A stretch of DNA of 64,000 nt, taken from contig OZ237765.1 in assembly GCA_965178125.1 (NCBI GenBank), positions 620,001 through 684,000 of the forward strand, in the 5' to 3' direction. This DNA comes from Bilabrum cf. latius (lineage: Eukaryota). The position numbers and the translations under genes are program-made. The notes under the pieces were generated by a model. That model saw nothing but the letters and a program-made list of their open reading frames with translations, searched no databases and was not told where the DNA came from. Of this stretch, positions 35,631 through 48,826 are shown in pieces (positions within the stretch are counted from its first letter, which is position 1; every line of letters begins with the position of its first letter).

Positions 35631-36735
35631 TCATGTAGCAGCCCCAGCTCCTGCCCCTCCCGGCGATGCACCAGCACTGGCCCCTCCAGTGGCAGCCCCC
35701 TCTGCCCCCCCCGCGGCGGCCTTCCTGTCCTCCGCCTCCTCTGGCAGTGCCACCACCTTCTTGCGCTTGCCCAGCGCGATGAGGTCGAGCACCCCCCTGC
35801 ATGCCTTCCTCGCCTCTGCGTCCTCCTTCGTCAGCCTACCAAGGAACCTCGCTTCCAGGCCCAGAATCCGGGGCCCGATCTCGTCTTCCTTGATCATCTT
35901 CATCCTGCCGGCCCGGATGTCCTCCGAGTCGGCCAGCAGCGCAATGCCCTCCACCCCCTGCAGCAGCTGCCTGTCGCTCAGCCCCGCGTGGTGCCTGCAC
36001 AGGAACCCCGCCAGCAGGCCCAGCAGGTTGTGCTTCTGCACCTCCGCGCACACCCGGCTCTCGTCCACCCTACCGAGCCCCTTGCCCAGTGCCAGTGTCC
36101 ACTCCAGGCAGCATGCACCCAGCTTGGGGTCCAGTTTCTCGGTGGGCGCGACCTCCAAGCTAGGGTGCCTGATCCTTTGGGCGAGGATAGAGGCCATGGT
36201 CTGCACGAGCAGCTGGGGGGAAGTCACGTGCAGGCTCTCGATGTGGCCGAATGAATTGGACAATAGGCGGCCCATGCCGTACTCGAAGCTGTCGCTGAGT
36301 GCCTTGCCAGTGGAGGCATCGGTGCTCGCTTTCCCGGCAGGGGCAGCTGCTCCTGCTGCTCCGCTGGCGCTGGAAGCGGCGGTAGATCCAACCGAGGGGA
36401 CTGCGGCCTTGGCGGCGGCGGCTGTTGCCGCTGTCTTCTCGGGGTCAACTGCGTCTACATACTGCTGCGTTGCCCGAAGGAGCATGTTGTTCTTGCCCTC
36501 CTCCAGCAAGAACCTTAGCGCAACCTCCTCGCACTCCCAGAGCGTTGCCCCCTCTTTCTTTGGTAGTTTTCGCTCCTGCAGTTTAAAACGGTGTCAACAC
36601 GGTGTCGGAATACTGCACTATCACATGCTCGATGGGGTAGTTGCGAATTTCGTAGTCCTTGTTTTAGCTCACCATCTCGGAGATGTTCGCAATCCGGACC
36701 AGAGCCTTCGCCATGGATTGCCAAGCTGAACTCAT
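35631..36735 (-). CDS. Hypothetical helical protein, complement join(35631..36575,36673..36735)
   Basis: ATG 36735, then a phase-0 GTGAGC...CTGCAG intron (36672-36576), continuing into ORF 35631..36509 (LWECEEVALRFLLEEGKNNMLLR...). Ends in TGA; no internal TAG. Confidence 0.75.
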
Positions 36736-37198
36736 GAATGGAAAGCAGCCCTACGAAATGAGAAGCGCCAATTGGCGACAGTAGTGATTATTGACGACAT
36801 ACGCAGCGACATGCACCCCATTGAACTCAGTGATGCCTCACCAAGTCGCGGATTTTCGATCGCAAGTCATCTTGCAACTTTGTAGCAAGCGAGCCTAGGG
36901 AGTCGCTTGAATGGCTTGTCTTGTATGAAGATGCCCCCGCCATGGCCTCTGTGCCGGATCGCTTTTGAACGTGTTGCGATCAACGAACTTTGCATCGCAA
37001 AAACGAACCTTCCCAATTGGCGATGAAATCCACCAGAATTTCATTTCCTGATCTCTGTCATTCAAGTCGCATAATTATTGTGTTTATCTTCTGCACTGGT
37101 GTATTCATAGTGTTGATACACTAAGGCTGAGCTTGAAATAGCTGCTTTGTCAGTGCTTTAGCTGTATCCATTGGAGTTCAGGTCCAACAAACTCAGAA

Positions 37199-40100
37199 AT
37201 GCAGCCAGCCAGTTTGAGTGCGTGGGAGAACGATATCCTTTGGCATGGGGAAGATTTGCAACACTCATAGATTCGCGTAGATACGGAAGGCTTGCATGCC
37301 CAACGCCAGAAAGAACGAGAATCAAGGCGTAAGTCATCCAAGCAGAGAGGCGCGCGGTCGAAAACGTCCGCCTCGCGGAATGTGAAAGGCAACCTCTCCG
37401 GAGCTAAACCCCCATTTTCTCGGAGTGAGAGCGCCATGAGTGCCGGTCTGAGCCTGGGTCCAGTCGCCACCCTGCAGCGGCAGACTTCCATCTCGTCCAC
37501 TTCGTCCCTGCCTGGTCCCGTGGGCGCCCTCCCGAGCGCCCGCCAGCCCTCCATGATCTCCGACAAAGACTCGGTGGCCGAGAGCGTCGCTGATTCCATC
37601 GCGTCTGGGACGCCTCGGCTGGGCTCCGTGGGGCACTTGGGCTCGTCGAGCTCCTTGCTGCTGCCCGGCGGCGGAGGGGCGTCGCCATCGGGTGCAATGC
37701 ACGGCGGTGCAGGGCTCGGCAACGCGTCTCTCCTGAGGCGCGGCATGGAGTGGGCCAGCCGGCTGCAGGTGCACTCGTCACTCGCCGCACAGGCCGCCTC
37801 GCCGCACCCAGCCCAGGCTCGCGACACGGCCTTCCTGCTGGCTGCCCTGCAGTCTACCGACCTACACTCCCTCGGGGGCATGGTCAAAGGGAGGGTCCGG
37901 GGCGGAGACTGGGCGAGGGCCGTGCTGCCGCCCGTGGTGCGAGCACGCCGCGATCGAGGCATCGCGGGCAAGAAGAGGGCAAGAGGGGCCACGGGGCCGC
38001 TCGGGAGGTGGGACCCGTGCGGTGTGACGAGTGGGGGGGCAGCCGGTGGCAACGATGATACCCGAGACTGGACGCTTGACGTTGACTTCGGCCTGCCTGA
38101 CAGTTCCACGGGCACTGGCACTGGCACTGGCACTGAGAGCGATGACAGCCAGGGCTCTAGTGGATCTGAGCTGCGTCACGCGGGTGGAGACGCTCGATAT
38201 GCAATCAATTCAGGCATGACGTATGATCGCAGCACTCGTCACACCGAAGCAGTCACGATCGACCTGAACGACCCCGAAGTGGCCCGGATGGCGCTGGTGG
38301 CGTCACCGGCGGAGGACCCATTCGACCCCTTCGCCGTTCGGGCGACCGGCGCGACGAGTGAGTGTGGCGACGGTGTGACGAGTGATATGAGCAGCCTTCC
38401 CGTGTGGCGAGTGCGCGACGTGCGCCGTCGCCAGCTGCAGGCCATGCGCGCCCACCTGTCCGGCCTCCAGCCAACTGGGTAGGCCGAGGGGGGCGGTGGC
38501 GTGGCAACTGCCGACTCGGCGCACAGCACCATCCACCACTCTACTCCGGCGATCGACCTGGCCATGGCCCCTCTCGAGCCGACGCTGGCAGACTGCAGGG
38601 AGGTGTACCGCACCCCCGCACCGGGGTACGTGCACCCCCCGTCTGGCGAGGTGATCCGAGTGTCGGCCAAGCTGCGGGCAGCGGGTGCCGAGTCAGACGG
38701 GGCCGCTGGTGCGAGCCTGGGGCTGGGCGGGGACGATGAGGACGAGGACTAGGAGGACGGGGCGGGGGGCGGGGACTGGAACGCACAGGCGGGCAGGTCG
38801 GGCAGCTGGCTGTAGGTGAAGACGGTGGAAGACCTGAGCGTGTCCCAGGCGGGTGGCAACGTGGTGCTTGTCGAGTACACGGAGGAGAGACCGCCGGTGC
38901 TGCCCATGGCGGGGATGGGCTCGAGGCTGGTGACGTACTACCGCCGAACCGCGCTGGAAGATGCGGAGGCAGACCGCCGCGCGCGCGGTCTCTCTGGCCG
39001 GGGCGAGGGCGACGAGAACGCGGAGGAAGATGAGGAGGACGCCCGCGCCATCGAGGAGGCGGCCAGGCTGGGGGGCGCTCAAGGGGATGAGGCTGCGGAG
39101 GCCAGGCGAAAGGAGCTGGAGGGGAATCGATTCCGGATCGTCAAGGCGGACGAGGACGCCGTGTCTGTGACGAGTGAGGCGCTGGACGCAGATCTGGCGG
39201 GAGCCCTCGCCATCGACGCCTCCACGGCAAGACAGTGCGGCCACGGCCCGCTGCTGGGCGACGAGGAGGTGAAGAGGCTGGGGCTAGAGGCAGGAGGCAG
39301 CGAGGACACCGGTCGTGGTCGCCGCGGTAGGCTGCTGCTTGAAGACAGTGGTGGTGCTGAAGGCGGCAAGGAGCGGGCGAACTAGTCCGGTGCGGATGGA
39401 CGGGGCGGCGGACAGGCAGACAGTCGCAGGGGCACTAGAGTGCAGCGGCTGGGGCAGCTCGTGGAGCTGGACAGCAAGCAGATCTCGCCGCTGCTGGGCG
39501 GGGTGGAGGAAGGGGAGTACTGCCCTGCGATCTTCTCTTCTTTGCTGGTCGCACCGGTGGCCAAACACGACAGCCAGACGGGTGACTTTTTGGTCTGCAT
39601 CCGGCGCGTGCCTCGGCACAGGCGATCGGGCAGCAGCAGCAGCAGCAGCAGCTCTGCAGGAGCAGCGGGTGTTCAAGACACAGATGGGCCGGGTGACTCG
39701 TCTAGCTTCAAATGGGTGGCCACCATTCGCGAGATCCCAGAGTTGCTGGTCGCGGGGCAGGTGGAGCCCAAGCTGCCCGTGGCCGCGCCAGACGGCAAGA
39801 ACGTCTCCGCGATGCTGGACCTTTTCCTCTCCCACCAGCTGGCCAAGTTCATGTAGGTCTGCGGGGGCACCATGTCACCAGAGGTGGTGCAGGGTACCTT
39901 CCTCCGGACGTCAGCCCACGTCAGCCTGCGGAATGCCCTGGAGAGGGTTGCGTACTATCATGACACGGCCAAGCGATGGGTCGCGCGCGCTGCCTCCGAC
40001 GACACGAACCTTCGCACGCTGCGCGGCACCCTTACACCGGAGTAGGTGTGCCAGCTCCTTGGCATGTTTGCGGGCCTGCAGGCCCTTCGGGACGCGGGCG

Positions 40101-43100
40101 TCGTCGCATCGGCCATCATCGGGGCGGCGCAGACCAGCGTGAACCGGCTGAGCCACGCCATCGAAGTGCTCATGGATCGGCTGGACCCGGCCAAGATGGC
40201 GGAGAGGAGGCACGGCGTGCTCGGAGTGGTGGCGCAGGCTGCCAAGGAGAGGGATGCGCCGGACCCCCTGGCAGATCCGCTGGCGGGCATGGGTCCGTCA
40301 GAGGACCCTTTGCAGGCGGGGCTCAGGGACGCGGAGAGACGGTCCAGGATGGCGGCGGGCGGGGGTGCATTCTCAGGGGCAAAGTCCCTGGCCGCCCGTG
40401 TGATGACCCGGCAGGCCGCTCTGGGTGAGCTTCCCTTTGAGGAGGCAAAGGTGGTGGCGGCCAGTGCGCTGGAGGGCACTTCCAGGGGCAGGGCTGTGCT
40501 GCGGCGAAGGCTGCTGGAGCTGAAACGAACCAAGAAGGCATGCGTGGCCGTGCTTCGGCTGCTGCAGACCACTCCCTGGAACCTGACAGAGTCCTTCGTG
40601 CAGGCCACGCAGAAATCGGGCGGGGGCGTGCTGTCCCTCTCGGGGCCCCAGGGCTCTCTCGCCGGCGACCCGTCGGGCCGGAACCTGGGCTTCAGTTTCA
40701 TCAAGGAACCCAGCATGAAGAAGAAGACGGGCCAGAAGAAAGCAACGGTCAAGAGGGAGGGCACGGACCGGGACAGCCGCAAGCTCACCAAGGCACAGCT
40801 GAAAGGCATGCTACTGGAATACGGCATGGACCCTTAGGTCATCGCCAAGCTGACCAGGTGGGACCTGGTGCGGGCAGTCAAGGAGACCCAGGCGAATCTC
40901 GCCGACCGTCGCACGCTCGCAGGCCGCGGCCTAGCGTACGACGACATCAAGTTCATCAGTAGCACCCAGAAGACCCAGATCGAGCGGCAGCAGCTCAAGA
41001 AGAGGCACGCGCGTGCACTGCACAGGTCCCAGCTCAAGGCGCTCCGGAATGCAGACCCCCTCAGCAGCGGCTCTGACACGGGCAGCTCGGACGAGGACTC
41101 GGAGTTGGAATCGTCGCAGAATGGCAGGGACGGCAGGGCAGCTGGGAGAAAGGCTGCGATGCCGCCTGGCGGCGGCGGATCAGCAGGGGCTGCCACAGCG
41201 GGACAACAGCAAGGACAAAGCCGGGGGCAGGACCAGCACGCCGCGATTGAGGCGGACTTTGATCTGGGCGGGGACGATGATGCTGACGAGGGGGGCGGCG
41301 ATGCAGGTGGGAACGATCGAGGGAGTGCGGTGGGAAGCAAAGCCGGTGCCAGCAGCGTGGCGGGGTCTGGAGGCAGGGCCAGCCGTGGAGGAGCTAAGAA
41401 CAGCGACGACGACTGGGAACGGCGCGCAACGGGAGGCGGTATCGGGCTGGCCGACGTGGATGACGAGTACGACGAGGCTTTGGAGCTTGCAGAGTACAGG
41501 GCGGAGCTGAAAGGGAAACAGGCTGGGGAGAAGGGGGTCGGGGGCGGGGCGTTGGTGCGCCAAGGGGGTGTGGGCGGCGGCAAGAAGAAGCAGCCGATGC
41601 ACGTCACGATTCGCGTGCTGCCGCAAGACTTGGTGGCATTTTCGAACCCTTCGTTTGTCAATGCCGCGCAGTTTCAAGTCGACGAGGGTAGCGAATCAGG
41701 CAAGGCCAACGGCGGCGCGGACGGCCGAGCTGGCCAGAGCAGCAAGCGGCAGTCCAGACCTACGCTATCTGCTGACGATCTCCTTGGGGGAGACGCTCAC
41801 ATGCTGGACATGGACGGGGAAGGGGGCATACTCAGCATGGCAATGCCAGAAACCGACCTGATGGCATCGCAGGATAGCCTCTTTGACCCCGACGGTGATC
41901 TGGATGGTATGGAAGGTATGGATGGGGTGGCGTCGAGTATGCACCTAGGCAAGCAATCGAACGGCAGCTTGCGGCTGGATCTGAATGGATCGGGCCCGCG
42001 ATCCGAGTCTTCTTTCACTGACAGCGAGGATGAAGAACAGGACGAGCAGCATGGCAGTGGCGGTGCCGGCCCAATGGCAGTGTCGAGGTACGGCTGGGGC
42101 GCTGACGTGGACTCATCTGCAGCTACACCGCTGGTCGCGATGGACGCAGAGGCTCTGAACCGGCTCTCGCTCGAGCAGATCAAGGAGCGGGCGGGGTCAC
42201 CTCCCTCCGAGCACCACGTCATGCGTCGTACGGTACGGCGGATCGACGAGCAGGGCAGGGAGTGGGTCACGGTCACCTTCGAGAAGAGGAAGCACGCCAA
42301 ACTGGTCGCGTGGCTCAGGGGTCGATTCGGCCTGGACCTGCTGGTCCTCAGCAACAAGAAGAGGAAACAGCAGGCCGTGAAGGATTCCCAGGAGAGGATC
42401 AGGGACCTGTCTCGCCTGCAGGTGCTGTACCAGAAGGGCTTCCTGCAGCAGCTAGGGTTCACGGAAAGCTCGACCAAGGTGACGTACGTGAAGCTGGCGG
42501 GGGAGGAGACGGTGCCCGTGTGCACCCGCTGCCGGATGTGGGGGCACTAGAGAACGAACGAAATGTGCCCTCTGAACTTTTCGGGTGGCATAGGCGGCGC
42601 AAGGTCTCTGCACGGGCAGTCTTCGCAAAAGGTGGTGCGCCGGCCCGGGGGCCGCAAGGGCAAGTACTATGAAGAGGAGGAGGACGAGGCCGATTTTGAG
42701 ATCGAGGACGATGATGACGAGGACCTGGATCTGCCGGACGACAGTGAAAGCGGGACGGTGGCAACGGGCGGTGCGGGGTCAATGTCGGGCAAGTCAACCG
42801 GAAAGCTCTCGTTCAAGATCAACACCGCGGACATGGCCAAACACGCGGAGAAATCCACCACCATCCGGCTCGGCAGGCAGACTTCCGTAGCTTCGTCCAC
42901 TGCCGCGGGAGGCGCGGGCGGCAAGCCGAAGCCCAGGCCCATCGTGATTCACGAGGCCATGGGGGCCCGCCTCGAGCTGGGAAGGGAGCTGGAGCGTTTC
43001 TGCGTGAAGCTGCAGAGTGACGACACTTCCGGTTTGTTCGGCCTCAGGAGCGAGCAGCAGATCAGGGAGCAGGCGGCGCGGCAGGGAATCGGGGGCCGAG

Positions 43101-43516
43101 TGGTGGTGATGACCCCGTTGCACAAAGTGCTCGTCAGGGGCTTCGACGAGGAGGGGATCCGGGAGTACCAGAGGTGGAAAAGAGCGGCGGAGCGTGCCAA
43201 AGAGAACGGACTGGAGCTGCCCCCCGTGCCGACGGATGGTCCGCTGGCAATGCCAGTAGACATGGCTGGCGTCAAGCGCAAGTGCGCGAAGGGGGCCTAC
43301 AGCGGCCCGTATGAATTCCTGAAAGACGTGCGGAGGGTCGTGGATAGGGCTCGGGCGCACGGGCAGAGGCAGCTGTCCATGGGGGAGCCACAGAGGGGCA
43401 ACAGGGTGCTGCAGCTGGCATCGAGGATGCTCAAGGCAGCCGAGGCGGTCACGCGGCTGGCGCGCATGCAGGTCCTGGCGAAGGCAGTCAAAGCCGAGGA
43501 GCAGGCGGCACTGTGA
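37199..43516 (+). CDS. TAF1: TFIID subunit 1 (TAF1), ~2100 aa; start provisional, upstream exons possible
   Basis: One frame to TGA 43514-43516 with TAG at 37268, 38480, 38750, 38813, 39383, 39854, 40043, 40835 and 42548. DUF3591/HAT-region motifs: LVEYTEERPPVLPMAGMGSRLVTYYR, APVAKH..DFLV, VAGQVEP, TPE*VC, TPWNLTESF, GDPSGRNLGFSF, GTDRDSRKL..LTRWD. A zinc knuckle CTRCRMWGH*RTNEMCP and a C-terminal bromodomain-like segment follow. Confidence 0.92.
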
Positions 43517-43974
43517 GGGTGAGCAAGTGGAGCTTGACTTGTATTGGTAACATTAAATCAGGTGGGTCCCGCTGCTCGAAATCCGTTTGTTTGGTCGGTG
43601 GCGTGCAGTTTGGAATTGCCGCGCATTGGTTCCGCTAGATGGTCGCTTTACGTTACCAATCTAGTCTGAAGTACCCCAGTTACGGTCCTTGCTTGATAAT
43701 GTCGGTTTATTCTTTGTTGTTCCATTCAAGCGACTGCCGGTGAGTGCTCCGAACGAACGAACGAACTCCAGAATACCAGAATACCAGAATAATTTTAGAC
43801 TACTCCACTATACTAGCGGGCCAACACTGTGTGACTCCGCTCAGTCAGTTAGTGACGTGCACTTGAATGCAATATACAGATCGAGGTCGTGTTCCGCGAC
43901 TTGGAGCACACCAGCACACTTGATCATTACAGTAGATCGTGCTTAGCCTGCGGCCTGCTGAATTCCAAGTGAAA

Positions 43975-46900
43975 ATGATTTCAAGTTCATGTGTGCTTTT
44001 GCAGCTGATGCTTGGAACAGCCATGGCAAGCTGGATGCAGCCTTGGAGCCTGATGCAGGACGGAGGCAGTGGCCCGATGAACTCGACCGTGTTGCAGGCA
44101 AAATTCGACTTGAACCTCGAAACTTCTAAGGACTAGACCGTAAGCACGGTAGTTCAAGTAGGAGAGGAGGCATTGGTAGGCTGCATCGCCACGGATCACG
44201 GCAGAGAGGTTGCCATCGCTCGACTCGTACGTGCAAGTGGAAGCGAGGACGCAGCAGTGCCTCGGCTGGAGTTTGCCGGCCCTGGAATCGAGAACGGTAC
44301 CTTGTTTGTACCATTAGAGGATCATGCAACAGGTCTATAGGACGGATGTGACGCAACTAGCTCTTTCATCGCAGTGGGCGACGATCTCGTAGAGTTCGTG
44401 GCCAAGGCATCCAGCCCGCCCGTGACCGGCGGCATCCCGGCATGGACGGAGTACCGCTGGGAGGCAGCCAACGTCACGTCTGGAGAGATACATGCGATTG
44501 GGCACACCAATGCATTCGGGGAAGGCTCCGCCCTGGCTGATATCGAGGACGGATTCACCCCGATCAGCGGCTCCCACGTCAGCCTAGTGAACGGCACTGT
44601 GCGCTGCGTGGGCATGGAGAGAGAGAGCGAGACGGACGATGACGCAGTTGGGCGTATGTACTGCTGGGATACTCGCCTGCCGGCCGGCAACCAGATCGTG
44701 CATGTGGCCGGGGCAGACTTGGAGCAGGCCATGGCATGGGTGTGGGCGGACCGGTACCTGGTGACTTTGGGGCACATCAACTATGACCACGAGCTCTTCT
44801 GGACAGACATGTCGGTTGCTACGGCCCAGCCAAAGTTTGATTAGCTATCTGACAACACTGGCTCCATCTGGAGCTTCATGCCAGACGATATCGCAGACGG
44901 GCAGATCAGGGTGCTGTCAGACGACCTGCTGTGCTGGCTCACCGACACAGAAATCGTAGACGATGACCCAGGGAACAACAAAGTGCACTGCCACTCTATC
45001 TCCGCCAATAACACCTTCATCCTGGACGAATCGATTGAGGTGTATTCCCGTCGCAACCTCGCGGCTGCCGCCGTGAATGGGACCGTCTACGTGGCGGCAG
45101 GGGCCGCGGGGAGCGTATGGGCCTGGGAGCTCCCAGGAAACACCGTGACCAAGCTGGAGGACCATATCTCGCAGACCAGACCTTTTCAGGTCTAGGCCCT
45201 CGCCGCCGTCTCAGACGAAGCGGGCGTGCTGTTCGGATTCTATGCTGGTGACGGCAGCACCAGGAAGACCGCTGTGACGTGGAAAGTCGGCCAGGACCCG
45301 AAACCCATCGACGGGCTGGCCCTTGACGCCGAGCGAGAGGGATAGGCCGGGACTGCTGCTTTCATCGACGAGGCCGAGGACATCACTCCATGGAACGACG
45401 TGTTCGCAACGTTCCTTATGCCGGACATCCTGGTGCAGGTGAACCGAACGAGCGGCGCGGGGAGCATCATCCCAGGCACTGAGAATGCATATGTACCGAG
45501 CCACGTGCCGCTTCACGTCGAGTATGAGGACGCACAGGGGGGGCAAGCGCACGGTTTCCTGTTCTTCATGCAGCCTGACACGACGGACTACGGTGCTCCA
45601 GATGAGCTGCACTTCTACAGCTTCACCGACGAGCAGCCGGCGGTCGCCGCGGCGAAAACGTGTGAGCCTGGGCTATCACGGCAATTTGCATTCGTGGATG
45701 CGTCCCCCTTTGCTTCCGTGCACGAACTGACGGGGAGCGGAGCCAGAACGTCTGTTGCCATCACGCCGTACAAGCGTTCTAGCGGCGACGAGCTTCTGGT
45801 GATCAAACCCGCTGCGATTGCGGAGGCAGGCGCACGGGTGCCTGAGGAAGAGATCCTGTACAACCCCAGTCCCACATTCACTGGTGATAGCAGCAAGGTC
45901 GACTCTGTGTTTACCAGGCGTGATGATGGCGCCATGTGCACGGTGTTCGACAACGGCACGCTGCTCGACTATGCCTGTATCGTGGAGGGTCCCAGGGCCA
46001 GTGATGGCGCCGTCCGCCTCGATTTCGCATCGGAGATGCCTATGCACCCGCTCGTGGACCCTAATTCTGACCGAGCACTAGCGTACAAATCCCAGAGGCA
46101 ATTTGACCAGGTAGCCCGGCTGCAGTTCTACAAGCGTGGTCTCGGCAAAGGTTTCGTGCTCTTTGAGCAAGCGTCGTCGGCTGAGGCAGGCATGGAGCTG
46201 TACTACTTCGATGGACACCACTCTCCCGTCATGCTGGGCAGTCCTGGAGATTTTGGTTTTGTTCCAGAGGGTGCAGTGGAGGCCACGGAGGACGGGCACT
46301 TCGTCTACTTCGCCGCGTACTTCGGATGGCAGGACATACGGCGGGTCGTGGCAGACGTGTCCAACGGAACCTTTTCAAAGACAGGGACCTCTTTGAAAGC
46401 GGCCGAACCTTCCAATTTATACAGCAAGGTAGCTGTAGTGTACGATCGCTTCTTCGTTGACATCTTGAAGATCATTGACGAGGACGCGGCTGACGACATA
46501 GATGAGGTCAACGATCTAGTGGCCTGGGACACGCATGACTTGGAGGCTGGCCCTAAGACGGTGGGCGGGGGAAGTATCACGGATGATGAGATATCCGAGC
46601 TCTACAGCGAGTACGTCCCGAACATCTGGCAAGTACAGGCACTGATGGGCGGAACCACAGGCGAGGTTGTGTTTGGGATCAAACATGAGAAGAATGACGA
46701 CGCTGATGATTTGACCTCAGCCACATACGCGGCTGGCAATGAGAAAGCCATGCACTTCTTCCCTAACGGCACCTTGGACGACATCACGGATCTGAACGTG
46801 GATTTGGTGGGTGCGAGTCCGGGCGAGTGGTACCACGGCCCTAACGGCACCGGTGTTGTGTCAAGCACCACAGGGGAGCGGGGCGTGATTGCAGTATCGA

Positions 46901-48615
46901 GGTCAAAGCAAGGCGGGGAGTATGACATGACGCTTAGTCTGTGGAACTCTCGCGGGCTGAATGAGCCACTGGTGAACTTCACCGTGCCTGAAGACGTGCG
47001 GCATGCCTTTGTGCTGGATGATGAAGACGTTCTCATTATGACGGTCGCAGAAAGCGGCAGCGGCGGGGGAGGCTATCGGCGCATCCTGTACGACTACAGC
47101 TACGGGGTTCCTGCGGAAGTGCAGCTCGGACAGCTGCTTCATCTGGACGTAGTATCTGGCGAGCTCCTTGAAGTGGACTGCGAGTCGAGGTTTTTGCCAG
47201 TGAAGGAGGCCCCGCATATCAACCGCGTCGGCAGCGATGCCGTGTGCTGGGAACCGTACAGCAACGCTGACGGAGTGGACAACGACGTCGATCCCGTCAA
47301 CCAGCTGGTGGTGTGCTACTTTAAGGGAGATAACGAGTGCAAGGTATTTGACCTGGGCGAGGACACCATCGACGCCGGCTCGGTGCATCCTTTCGCGAGG
47401 GTGCCCAGGGCAGACCCCATGGACACCACTGTGGCAGTTGCCATGATTCTGGATGACGCCAAGCTGGGCTAGGAGCCCGCAATCATGGCTCTTGTTGCCC
47501 CGTCTCCAACTCCTAGTCCAACACCGAGTGCCAGCAGCAGCCCGTCCATCTCGCCCACTGCGAGCGTCAGCAGCAGCCCGTCCATCTCGCCCACTGCGAG
47601 CGTCAGCAGCAGCCCGTCCATCTCGCCCACTGCGAGCGTCAGCAGCAGCCCGTCCATCTCGCCCACTGCGAGCGTCAGCAGCAGCCCGTCCGTCTCGCCC
47701 ACTGCGAGCGTCAGCAGCAGCCCGTCTACGTCTCCGAGTTCCTCCGTGCTAGCAGGCGACGAAACCTGCAGCGACGGAGTAAAGAACGGCGTCGAGTCTG
47801 ACATTGACTGCGGGGACCCAAAGGACGACTCGTGCGCCCTGTGCTCGGAGGGGAGAGCATGCATGGAGACCTCGAACTGCGCCGGTGAGCTCGTGTGCTC
47901 GTCCGAGCTCGGTCGGTGCACCGTTGATGTGATCGAGGCCGGAGTCTACATCAAGGTGAGCGAGCTGCAGATCGGCGGCATAACCCCAGCCCAGTTCGTG
48001 AGTGACCTGCAGGGGCCCTTCAAGACCGCGGTTCGCGACGCCACTGGTGCCGAGCAGGTTATCATCGAGAAGGTGGCGGCAGCAGCAGGGGGTGGTGGTG
48101 GAGCTGCCTCGGGATCCGGCCGCAGGGCGCAGGGGTCTGCCGCTGCCGTGGACATCGAATTCTCCCTCCGCCTTCCCGAGGGTGCTGACGGCGCTGCGTC
48201 CGAGGCTCGGACGGAAGCGTACGTGCAAGGAACTAGCGGGAGCAGCAGTCTAGAGGCGGATCTGCAGGCGGCCGCTCCTGGCCTTCCTGGCCTCACCGTG
48301 CAGTCCTCGTCGGTCGTGATCGAGCGAGAGACGGTGTCAGGGAGCGTCAACAGCGGCGATGGCTCGCCCGGGGTAGACGGTGACGGTGAAGACAGTGATG
48401 GCATGGACACAATCGTAATCATCATCATTGTTGCAGCCGCAGTGGTGGTAATCGCCATCGGTGTGGGCACGTGGTGCCTGTGCCGTGGACACCGCAAGCC
48501 CGATCCCGGCAAGGCCACCGGAACAAAGTCCACTGGAGGGTCCAGCAATGGTGACCCTCGCCCGGCGTTCGTTTCCAACGAGGGCAAAGGCGCCTTTTCT
48601 AGCGAGATGGTTTGA
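43975..48615 (+). CDS. Type I cell-surface protein (signal peptide, large beta-rich ectodomain, Ser/Pro/Thr stalk, Cys-rich module, one TM helix), ~1546 aa
   Basis: Runs from ATG 43975 (MISSSCVLLQLMLGTAMA) to TGA 48613-48615 with TAG at 44134, 44338, 44842, 45193, 45343 and 47470. It has many N-x-S/T sequons, the motif CSDGVKNGVESDIDCG and the TM helix IVIIIIVAAAVVVIAIGVGTWCLC. Confidence 0.85.
47532..47726 (+). repeat. 36-bp coding tandem repeat x~5.4 (SSSPSISPTASV), mucin-like stalk
   Basis: cagcagcagcccgtccatctcgcccactgcgagcgt repeated from 47532 at 36-bp period. Confidence 0.95.
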
Positions 48616-48826
48616 ATTTCAAAATTGGGTGAGCTGGAACAGGGGCCCGGGATGGGGGGTGGGGACTTGCGTGCTGACTATGACCACCGATTTTTACTGC
48701 AGTACCCATGCTTGCGGTAAGCCTCTCCGTTCTGGGCGGTCAGACCTGGCCTGCCCCAAATCTGCCGGGCACCCACTCTGATATCTTCTCGATCCGATAA
48801 TCCGTAATCTATCTCGATCCGATCTA

